Made by a program: the position numbers and the translations under genes. Below are positions 27,316 to 35,670 of a stretch of 64,000 bases of DNA, one piece after another; within the stretch, counting starts at the first letter, position 1, and the number at the start of each line of letters is the position of its first letter. The notes under the pieces were generated by a model. The model was not told the DNA's origin. It worked only from the letters and a program-made list of their open reading frames with translations, and did not search any database. Source of the DNA: a virus; the IMG/VR virus record IMGVR_UViG_3300036399_001571, positions 32,001-96,000 of that record. One strand, given 5' to 3'.

Positions 27316-30300
27316 TTAGAACGCTCCCATGATAGACGCTACTCCGACATCGTCGGTGCTAGTTGAACGAGATACAAGAACCCAGGCTCCGTCATAGTAG
27401 ACGAAAACTTCGCTAGTTGTATTTTTAAACCAAAATTGTCCATTGGACGGGTTTTCTGGAGAGCTAGACCCAATGACGGCACCAATTCCAGATGAGCCAA
27501 TTTCAACCCAGTACGAGTCGTAGTAGACAAAGGTTATGGCGGAGTCTGTCTCAAACCAGAAGTCACCATCATCTGGGGAGCTTGGCGGCGTTGTACTTAG
27601 CGTCATTTTTGCGCCAGCGTCAATGATGTGGTAGCTACTTCCGTCTCTAGTTGCTTCCCATCTGTCTTCTATTTCATTCCATCTAATATCGACGCTTGCA
27701 CTTGAGCCTCGGTCAATTACGATTGCACCGTTGACCGTAGGTGCGCCAATTGTCCCAGCATTAAGAACAATCTTGCTGTCGGCGATATTTAGTTCTGCTT
27801 GGCTAGTTGTTTCTTGGTTTGTAGCAAATAGGTTAGTTACTACAAGTGTGTCAAACTGAACGCATGCGCTGGTTCCAACTTCCTGCCCAATTGAAATAGT
27901 TGGGGTTGCGCTTTCCCCGGAATTTTCAATAATCGTTACACCTGTGCCAGCAATAAGGTTGGCTACATAATTCCCAGTTGTATCAGTTCCCATTACAACA
28001 GAGTTTGGCTGGATGGCTGTTGACATCGTCACATTGCCAAGGTCGGTGAAGGTAACTGAGCCAGAAACATCACCAGACAATGTCAGTATTGGAGATACGC
28101 CAGTAATTATTGGGCTTGTTAAGGTCTTATTTGTTAACGTGTCTGTGGTGTTCGTTCCAATTAGGGTGGTAGTTGCGTCTGGGAATGAAATAACCCTATC
28201 TGCTGTTGGATTTGTAAACGTGATTACTGTTTCAAATTCATCAGGGCTTGAGCCTTCAAAGGTTATTCCTCCGCCAAACTTCACCTCTGGGCTTCCAGAC
28301 GAGATTGATGATGACGGTGTTACTACTGGGGTGTATCTAAACTGGTATGCAGATGTTACTTGAGCAACAGTAAAGTCTCCGTTATACCCCTCTTGCGTTG
28401 CTCCGGAAACTGTAATCCTTGCTCCGACATAAAGGCCGTGCTCGGAAAGAGTGTTGACAGTAGCAAGATTTGTTCCTGCATTATATGTCAAGTTGCCGTT
28501 TACGCTTAGGTTTGTGTTCCCTATCGAGAGTCCTGAAAATAGTGGTGAGTCTCCAGAACCGACAGGTTGTCCGATATTGATAGTTGGGGTTCCTGCCTCT
28601 GAAGCCACTCCATTTGTTAGAGAAACACCAGTTCCGGCTATGACCGAAGCAACGAAGTTTCCACTTGTGTCAGTGCTTAGGTCAACCAAATCTGGAACCC
28701 AAGCTGTTCCGTTCCACTTAAGAAACTGACCACTTGTTGGTGCTGATGCAGAAACATCAGAAAGTTCATCCAATGCATGAGTTGATATTGATGAAACTGT
28801 TGCCGAGTTTCCTGAGATGCTTCCGTCAACAGAACCGGTTACGTTTCCGGTTAAGTTTCCAGTTACGTTTCCAAATAGGTTTCCAGTAACATTTCCAAGA
28901 ACATCTCCGCTTACGCTTCCAGAGACGTTTCCAATCAGGTTTCCCGTTACATCTCCTGATACGTTTCCAATATGAAGACCTGTTGTATCTCCAAACACAT
29001 CTCCGTAGACATTGCCAGTTAAATCTCCGGTTACATTTCCTGCCACGCTTCCAGAAACACTTCCGTATAGAATTCCTGTTACATCTCCAGTAACTTCTCC
29101 AATATGAGTACCAACTAGCGTGCCTTGAAACTCGGAGGCATAGATATTGTTGGTTGCGGTTATATTGCTGTAGAAAATTGGATTAAGCAGGTCTGCTTTT
29201 TCATTTAGCTGTGATTGAATATTTGCGCTTGCGCTATTTAGATATTCGAGCTGTTCTCTTGTGGTTGCAATTTCAAATAATTTATTTAAATCACCAGAAG
29301 TTGCAGTAAGACCATTTATGTCTGTTGTGTATAGGGTGATATTAGCTGAACCATCAAATGATTGACCGCCAATCAATCTTGGCGTTTCAAGAACTACAGC
29401 TTCAGCGGCTACACCGTTTAGATATGCAGTTACTCCAGCAAATGTAACGCTTGAGCTTGTGGCTACATTTTGACCAATAGCAAGTGTGTTTCCGGTTTTT
29501 GTTATTCCAGTTCCAGCTGTTATTGGTGCTGTTCCAGAAAATTGTGTAAAGTTTATTGCGTCTACGCCGATTATGTGTGCTTTGTCATCACCGGTTCCAG
29601 ACGAGACAACTAGAAAACCTTGGTTTACATTGGTTGCTCCAGAACCTACATAAAGTGCTTCTCCAGGTTGTATTTCTGCGCTATATGTACTTGAGTCAAA
29701 ATCTGAAGCTCTTTCCAAAACCCATTGAGAAGAAACACTTCCCTGAGCTTCTACAACGTAGACACCGTTATGAATGGGATTGGCTTGGTTCTTTACAAGA
29801 ATTCGTTGCCCGTCTGATGCGTTTTGTCCGTCAACAACAAGTCTTGCGTTGCCAACAGAAGTGAGTGTTGCGCCAACACCATTAGTTCCATTTGAGTACG
29901 TTGGTGTGTTTGGAAGAACTGCGGCAGTAGCGAAGATTGCAAAATCATGCCAATTTATAGACGCAGCAATTCCGTCAACATAGGCTTTTGTGGCTGCATG
30001 GGAGTCATCTGTCGGGAGATTATTAAGAGTTACCTGAGCAAATGCTGGAGACGCTGAAACAGCAACGCTCTGCCCGATGTTTATGGTCGGCGTAGTTCCA
30101 GAGCCTGAGTTGCCCGTAATTGTTACGCCAGTGCCCTGTGTGAGGGACTCTACGTAGTTGACAGCGTCAAGACTTCCATAGAAATAGTCAAGCTCAGTCC
30201 ATGAACTCGACCCATCGCCAAGCTTTATCTTCTCAGTGTCTGACTCAAGGCCTATTTCGCCGGCCGAAAGTACTGGGTCTACTGAGGTCCAGTTGGCAGC

Positions 30301-30336
30301 AAGGTCGCGACGGAATAAAATCTTCTTATAAGCCAT
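27316..30336 (-). CDS. Long tail fibre with Mtd-N/hyaluronidase-like N-terminus and G-x-x-x repeats
   Basis: ILFRRD.AANW...VLSAGEIGLE.D..KIKLGDG; a run of GNVTG-type tetrapeptide repeats; GTDTTGNY modules; two C-terminal GDFWF/GQFWF modules. Confidence 0.85.
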   Translation of the reverse strand: MAYKKILFRRDLAANWTSVDPVLSAGEIGLESDTEKIKLGDGSSSWTELDYFYGSLDAVNYVESLTQGTGVTITGNSGSGTTPTINIGQSVAVSASPAFAQVTLNNLPTDDSHAATKAYVDGIAASINWHDFAIFATAAVLPNTPTYSNGTNGVGATLTSVGNARLVVDGQNASDGQRILVKNQANPIHNGVYVVEAQGSVSSQWVLERASDFDSSTYSAEIQPGEALYVGSGATNVNQGFLVVSSGTGDDKAHIIGVDAINFTQFSGTAPITAGTGITKTGNTLAIGQNVATSSSVTFAGVTAYLNGVAAEAVVLETPRLIGGQSFDGSANITLYTTDINGLTATSGDLNKLFEIATTREQLEYLNSASANIQSQLNEKADLLNPIFYSNITATNNIYASEFQGTLVGTHIGEVTGDVTGILYGSVSGSVAGNVTGDLTGNVYGDVFGDTTGLHIGNVSGDVTGNLIGNVSGSVSGDVLGNVTGNLFGNVTGNLTGNVTGSVDGSISGNSATVSSISTHALDELSDVSASAPTSGQFLKWNGTAWVPDLVDLSTDTSGNFVASVIAGTGVSLTNGVASEAGTPTINIGQPVGSGDSPLFSGLSIGNTNLSVNGNLTYNAGTNLATVNTLSEHGLYVGARITVSGATQEGYNGDFTVAQVTSAYQFRYTPVVTPSSSISSGSPEVKFGGGITFEGSSPDEFETVITFTNPTADRVISFPDATTTLIGTNTTDTLTNKTLTSPIITGVSPILTLSGDVSGSVTFTDLGNVTMSTAIQPNSVVMGTDTTGNYVANLIAGTGVTIIENSGESATPTISIGQEVGTSACVQFDTLVVTNLFATNQETTSQAELNIADSKIVLNAGTIGAPTVNGAIVIDRGSSASVDIRWNEIEDRWEATRDGSSYHIIDAGAKMTLSTTPPSSPDDGDFWFETDSAITFVYYDSYWVEIGSSGIGAVIGSSSPENPSNGQFWFKNTTSEVFVYYDGAWVLVSRSTSTDDVGVASIMGAF

Positions 30337-30518
30337 TAAGCATCGCCTCCGTCAGCAACCTGGGTATCGTTGGCCTCATCGATTTCGATGTCGGCAAACC
30401 CACCGTCAATTATCGCAGATTTAAACCTTTGCCAACGCAACCCATTCCACACCCAAGACTTTCCGGCGACAGAAAACTCGTCATTTGTTGACGGCGATGG
30501 TGGGAAAACAATTGGCAT
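30336..30518 (-). CDS. Mini virion protein
   Basis: MPIVFP...GKSWVWNGLRW matches the N-terminus of the 24220 protein; ends with two DGG motifs. Confidence 0.65.
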   Translation of the reverse strand: MPIVFPPSPSTNDEFSVAGKSWVWNGLRWQRFKSAIIDGGFADIEIDEANDTQVADGGDA

Positions 30519-30537
30519 GTGTTCATTATGGCATACC

Positions 30538-30780
30538 TCAGTCTTTCACTACCTCTAGTCTTTCGTTTTCCATTAGCTTTTTTGAAAATGTATTCAGTCC
30601 GTGAACATAGCCGAGTGGTTCTGGAATGTTTAATTCAATGCAAACATCTACGAGCTTTCCGTCCCTAATGTCAGTCCAGGCATCAATCATTGCTTGCGCC
30701 CCAGATTTGCCACTGATGTGGTATTTATCTGAAATAAGCTGAACAAGCTCATCATCGTAATTCCATGTTTTTAAAGTCAT
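30538..30780 (-). CDS. Hypothetical protein
   Basis: ORF with ATGA overlap to the upstream gene. Confidence 0.6.
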   Translation of the reverse strand: MTLKTWNYDDELVQLISDKYHISGKSGAQAMIDAWTDIRDGKLVDVCIELNIPEPLGYVHGLNTFSKKLMENERLEVVKD

Positions 30781-31244
30781 TGTGGATTTTCTTCTGCTCG
30801 CTTCTGCTCAATGTATTTTTGAGCCCATCTTGCTCCGGCTGCAGTGCTTTTTACACCCAATAGACCCTCATTGAAGTCGTATTCATATCCGCGCCCGTTC
30901 AGAAACTCTTCTCGCGAATAATCCAAGACCTTTGAAGCTATTCCCATATTTTGGTAATCTGGGTGGACATTGAGCATGAACGGCTTTTGCACCTCGTCTT
31001 TTATGTACGAACCGTAAACACACAGAAGCAAGCCATCTTCTCCGCGATATAAATCTATGTTTACATCGACCGAATTCTCGTGGCCGAAAAGGTGTGGGGC
31101 GGCTGCTGGAATTGTCTGTTTAGAAAAACCTGGCTCTCCAAATTCTCCAAACCTATACTCCAAAAAAGACCATTCGGCAAATGTGAAATCCTGAACGTTG
31201 GTATCTAGATTTTCCCATGGCTTATCTACGTTTGCATCGCTCAT
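30777..31244 (-). CDS. GNAT acetyltransferase-like protein
   Basis: LNVHPDYQNMGIASKVL matches GNAT motif A (V.P.yq..GiG..L); T..G..W. Confidence 0.65.
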   Translation of the reverse strand: MSDANVDKPWENLDTNVQDFTFAEWSFLEYRFGEFGEPGFSKQTIPAAAPHLFGHENSVDVNIDLYRGEDGLLLCVYGSYIKDEVQKPFMLNVHPDYQNMGIASKVLDYSREEFLNGRGYEYDFNEGLLGVKSTAAGARWAQKYIEQKRAEENPQ

Positions 31245-31252
31245 AACTGTGA

Positions 31253-31498
31253 CTAATCCTCCAATGGCGCTCGTGGGGCGCCGTTTTCATACACCCATCC
31301 ACCTCGGATGTGGTCGTAGTATTCACTATCTATTGGTATCTCTATTATCTTTGGGTCACTTGCTAGGGCTGTAACAATATATTCATAGCCGCCCTGCTGG
31401 TCTATCCATTCAGGATTTGGAGCCCAAGTAAAGGCAACTTCTCCGTCAACGACAACTGAGAATTTTCTTAAACGTTTTGCAGTTTTTTGTTGTTCCAT
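31253..31498 (-). CDS. Small VVDGEV protein (paralog of 2073..2306)
   Basis: VVVDGEV...LASDPKIIEI...GGWVYENG...P. Confidence 0.7.
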   Translation of the reverse strand: MEQQKTAKRLRKFSVVVDGEVAFTWAPNPEWIDQQGGYEYIVTALASDPKIIEIPIDSEYYDHIRGGWVYENGAPRAPLED

Positions 31499-31550
31499 AG
31501 TGTTTAGATTCTAGCGGTATCTAATGCACTACCGAATACCGATTCACACT

Positions 31551-32591
31551 CTAGATACATATAAAACCGTCCTTAAACCCGCCGCAACCAGCTGGAGGGC
31601 AACATGGTCCAATTCCTGGACAGTCAGGGCATGCGAAGGTCGGGAAGAACGGGAAGAACGGGAAGAACGGGAAGAACGGGAAGAACGGCGGCGCTGGGTT
31701 GGTGGTTTCTGATATGTAGATAGCGTCAGAGTTTGCCCACCCTGGTTTTGAAACATATACATATGTGTATCTAGTTGTGTCATAACCAAGACCAAACCAT
31801 CCATGACAACTTCCAGATTGGTCGTTTGGCGCGTCAACATTGAATCCGTAGTAATTGTACGTAGCGGTTCCACCGTTGCCAGGTTGCTCTAGGCCATCAG
31901 TGAAGTAGTTGGTGTAACACCATGGAATTGAACTTTCCGTCTCTGCAATATCTCCAATAATCGGAGTTGGAACCTTGCCGAACAACGGAGTGATTGAGCT
32001 AGACGCAGTCGAGTAGCTTCCAGTCCCAATTCCGTTTATTGCATTCACTCTGAATACATATGCAGTTCCGTTTGTCAAACCGGTAACCGTCACGGAAGTT
32101 GCTGTCGACGCGGCACGGCTGAACGTCGTCCATGTCGAACCACTGTCTGACGAGTATTGAACTGTGTAGTCAGTAATCGAAGAGCCAACAGAGGCTGGCG
32201 CAATCCAGGCTACAGAAGCCGTTGTATTTCCATAAGTGCTTGGAAGAGTTACTGTTGGTGTTGCTGGAGCGGAAGGTGCAGAACCAAGAACAAGTGGACT
32301 AGAAGATGCTGACGCCACTGATTCAGTAGCACTTGTTGACTCAATCGCAACAGCAGAGAATGTGTAAGTTTCTCCCGGGGTGAGTCCGGCCAGCATGGAT
32401 ACCGTTGTGGAACTAGTTGTTGCAGTTACTCCATTGCTCGCAGTTACGCGATATGTAACTATTCCAGACTTGCCCTTATATCCAGTATGGGTGATTGTTA
32501 TGTCTGCTGTTCCGCCAGCACCTACAACACTAGTTACTTCGCTTGGTGGGTCGATAAACTTCCCACCACTTGCCTGATTGCCAGGAATCAT
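31551..32591 (-). CDS. FN3 protein with (PFF)5 repeat and 6-Cys C-terminal tip
   Basis: Two clear FN3 domains plus one divergent unit; APPFFPFFPFFPFFPFFPTFA; CPDCPGIGPCCPPAGCGGFKDGFICI. Confidence 0.85.
   Translation of the reverse strand: MIPGNQASGGKFIDPPSEVTSVVGAGGTADITITHTGYKGKSGIVTYRVTASNGVTATTSSTTVSMLAGLTPGETYTFSAVAIESTSATESVASASSSPLVLGSAPSAPATPTVTLPSTYGNTTASVAWIAPASVGSSITDYTVQYSSDSGSTWTTFSRAASTATSVTVTGLTNGTAYVFRVNAINGIGTGSYSTASSSITPLFGKVPTPIIGDIAETESSIPWCYTNYFTDGLEQPGNGGTATYNYYGFNVDAPNDQSGSCHGWFGLGYDTTRYTYVYVSKPGWANSDAIYISETTNPAPPFFPFFPFFPFFPFFPTFACPDCPGIGPCCPPAGCGGFKDGFICI
31641..31685 (-). repeat. Perfect 9-nt tandem repeat, 5 copies (CGGGAAGAA on + strand; Pro-Phe-Phe codons on - strand)
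   Basis: Five exact copies read directly from the sequence. Confidence 0.95.
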
Positions 32592-35500
32592 GACGCCGCC
32601 AAGTCACCTATAACAAACCATTCGTTTGCATTTTCTGTTTTGACCAATGTGCAAGATGAATAGCGTGCTCTTAGATAAACACCAGGTGTTGCAAGAAGTG
32701 TCACTCCAGAGCCAGCAAGTATTCTTGTTTTACCGGTTCCTCTTTGAACAACGGTAATGCTTGTGCCAGTACCGAACGCAACAACTGAAGCGCTTGGAAC
32801 AGTCAAGTCATTAGCAGAGCTCGAGTCCATAATGATGATTGTCTCTGCGGCATCTCCGGAAGCGAGCGTATAGTTGCCGGCCTTTGCACTGAGTGATTGA
32901 ACACCCGTTGTTGAAACCGAAGCAGTAGAGCCTTCGCCCTGAGTGTGAGAGATAGCGATTCCAGTTCCAGCAGATACGTTGAGCATGTAGTCACCGACGG
33001 TATCTGTGCCAAGATTAATTGAATCGTTAACCCATACGGTTGATGCACTGTTGTAGCGCAAGAATTGACCGTCAGACACTCCATTGATTTTTACGTTGTG
33101 GAGTTCTTCTATCTCGTAACCGTTTTGACACTTGACATACATGATACCGTTTCCGGAGTTTGCCCTGGCCACCACTCCAACAAACACGGTATGAGCAGGA
33201 GCAACTGGCTTCGTTACGGTGAACGTTCCGGGAGTTGAACCCAGCCAGAGTGCGTCACCAGCAGTGTATGAACCCAATGCGATTCCACTTACATATCCAA
33301 GCGTTGTAACTGTTACATTTGCGCCTGAATCCGCGCCAACAGAAACAACACCGACAGTTTTGGATGATGTTGCCTCTGATGAATTAGATGCCCTCTTTAC
33401 TGAAGCCAAGTCCCCAGCAGCACCAAATAGGTAAACAACTTCTCCAACGCTAAGTGCGTTTGCTTCGGCATTTCTTGCATACGTTACCGTAGAAGCAAAT
33501 TCGTTGACCCAGTTTGTTCCGTCATAAACAAGAGACTGACGATTAAGCGGACTTGTAATGACTGTATCGTTGAGACTGTCTTGACCTATTTCTGACAGAA
33601 GCAGAACGTTGTTATAAGTAGTTCCGTCGTTGGTGAAGTCCCATCTATCTGCGGACTCGTTCCAGCGCATAACGACATTTGCGGAAGTTCCACGCTCTAC
33701 TTCAATTCCAGAGTTAAGTGTTGGTAACCCTGTGATTCCCGAATTCAAAACAACTATGTTGTCTTCGACTAATAACGTTTCGGTGTTTAATGTCGTGGTG
33801 GTTCCGTTTACAGTTAAGTCCCCACCGACAACGACATCACCAGATGTTTCAAGTCTTGCAAATGAAACAGACGAACTAGTTGCTACAGCTTGCCCAATTG
33901 CAATAGTTGCATTTGAGCCCTCACCTGGAGTATGTGTAATTGTTATGCCAGTGCCCTGGGTAAGGTCGGACATGTAGTTCCCGGTTGTGTCAGTTCCGAG
34001 CGCTATGGAACCAGCAAGCGCCACAGTTCCATCTGCATTGGGGAGTGTGATTGTCCTATCTGCAGTTGGGTCTGTTGCAACAAGGAATGTTTCGTAGTCG
34101 TTTGCGGTGGCTCCTTCAAAGACAACTCCGCCACCCACAGTGACGCTTCCGGCAACAGTTAGATGGCCTGGGTCGGAAATAGAAGAAGATGCAAGAATTT
34201 CAGCTGAGCCCTGTATCTCTGTCTTGCCACCACCAGCGGCGGCGTTTGAAGTCACTCGCACGAACCTGGTTGCCTCGTGGCTTATTAATTCAACGGTGCC
34301 GGTGTTTGGTGCAATAAACCTTATTCCGCTAGCTGTTCCTGCATTATCAGCTAAAAGCGCAGTTCTTGCTCTTCCGTCAGTGAAGTATAAATTTGTAGTT
34401 CCCTCTGTTACGTTGTCAGAGTTTCCAGTTGTATCTGTCCCAAGCGCTACGGAGTTTGGCTGAATTGTTGCAGTTATACTTACATCAGACGAACCATTGA
34501 ACGATACAGAACCAGTAACATCTCCACCTAAAGAGATTGTTCGTGCATTTTCAAGAGTTGTAGCAGTAGAGGAATTACCGATTAATGGTGCAGTGACTGC
34601 TGCGAACTGAACAGAAGATGAAGTTCCGACGGCCTGACCAATTGCCACGGTTGGGCTTGAGCCTTCACCAGGTGTATGAGTTATGGTGACACCAGTTCCA
34701 GCAGTCAGGTCGTTTACATAGTTTCCTGTTGTGTCGGTCCCAAGTGTAACGCTATTTGGTTGAATAGTCGTAGAAATATTTACGCTTGCAGAACTGTCAA
34801 ATAAAACAGAGCCAGACACATCTCCGCTTAATGCAATTATATGAGAACCGAGCAAATTTGAAACAGTGTCGTTGTACCAATCAAGACCATCAAATGCAAG
34901 AACGTCGCCAGTACTAGCTGTGCTGATGTATACGTTATTAAGCTCTTCGACTGTTGGGAATTCTGGTGTGAGCGTTACTTGAATCCAAGAACCTGAGTAA
35001 TAGGTATAAAGCTCAAGTTCGCTTGAGTTATACCAAAGGTCGCCGACTCTTATCTCGTCAGTAGGTTCCGTGTCCGAGACTGTAATGAAGTGGATTGTTT
35101 CGTTAATCCAAGCAGAAGCAGAGTTCTTGTAAACAAGGAAATCTCCCTCTTCTACATCACTGATTGTTACGTCGCCAATGTCGTTTAGGCTGTTGATTGT
35201 CGGGATTGATGCCCACTCGACTCCAGCGGATGCTGAGCTACTTGCTTTGAGGAAGTAGCCTTCTGCTCCAACACCCAAACGAAGAAGGTTGGTTCCATCA
35301 GTGACGAGTAAGTCACCTTTGGTGGTGAGTTTGCTTACAAGTTCATTGGCTTCATCTGCGTCGTTGGCGGTGAATACTGGGTAGATGACAGAGCCAATTT
35401 GGTGCTCTGAAGCGGTGGTGTCATCCTGAGCTCTAACGAGAGTGAGGGTTGAACCGGAAATCGTTGCCAGACACTTTTCTTCATAAATAGAAGATGGATT

Positions 35501-35647
35501 GATGACAACATAAAAAGGGATACCAGCAATTGATGGCCAGCCAGTGGTTGCTGCAATGTCAACAGTTGTTCCGACATTCGTCAAGAGTGTCGTCGTTGTC
35601 GTATTGCGAGCCGCGCCCGAATATTGTTTACGTGTATATGCTGCCAT
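32588..35647 (-). CDS. Long tail fibre (module 3)
   Basis: GTDTTGNY modules, FEGAT..D.ET...PTADRTITLP, L.DL.DV-type motifs; C-terminal domain shared with 23444..24220. Confidence 0.85.
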   Translation of the reverse strand: MAAYTRKQYSGAARNTTTTTLLTNVGTTVDIAATTGWPSIAGIPFYVVINPSSIYEEKCLATISGSTLTLVRAQDDTTASEHQIGSVIYPVFTANDADEANELVSKLTTKGDLLVTDGTNLLRLGVGAEGYFLKASSSASAGVEWASIPTINSLNDIGDVTISDVEEGDFLVYKNSASAWINETIHFITVSDTEPTDEIRVGDLWYNSSELELYTYYSGSWIQVTLTPEFPTVEELNNVYISTASTGDVLAFDGLDWYNDTVSNLLGSHIIALSGDVSGSVLFDSSASVNISTTIQPNSVTLGTDTTGNYVNDLTAGTGVTITHTPGEGSSPTVAIGQAVGTSSSVQFAAVTAPLIGNSSTATTLENARTISLGGDVTGSVSFNGSSDVSITATIQPNSVALGTDTTGNSDNVTEGTTNLYFTDGRARTALLADNAGTASGIRFIAPNTGTVELISHEATRFVRVTSNAAAGGGKTEIQGSAEILASSSISDPGHLTVAGSVTVGGGVVFEGATANDYETFLVATDPTADRTITLPNADGTVALAGSIALGTDTTGNYMSDLTQGTGITITHTPGEGSNATIAIGQAVATSSSVSFARLETSGDVVVGGDLTVNGTTTTLNTETLLVEDNIVVLNSGITGLPTLNSGIEVERGTSANVVMRWNESADRWDFTNDGTTYNNVLLLSEIGQDSLNDTVITSPLNRQSLVYDGTNWVNEFASTVTYARNAEANALSVGEVVYLFGAAGDLASVKRASNSSEATSSKTVGVVSVGADSGANVTVTTLGYVSGIALGSYTAGDALWLGSTPGTFTVTKPVAPAHTVFVGVVARANSGNGIMYVKCQNGYEIEELHNVKINGVSDGQFLRYNSASTVWVNDSINLGTDTVGDYMLNVSAGTGIAISHTQGEGSTASVSTTGVQSLSAKAGNYTLASGDAAETIIIMDSSSANDLTVPSASVVAFGTGTSITVVQRGTGKTRILAGSGVTLLATPGVYLRARYSSCTLVKTENANEWFVIGDLAAS

Positions 35648-35670
35648 GATTACTCCTAGTTTACTTCATC

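Noticed and set aside
27316-30336. Mtd-like N-terminus suggesting a diversity-generating retroelement
   Set aside because: No reverse transcriptase and no TR/VR pair differing at adenines were seen; this N-terminal domain is common in ordinary fibres
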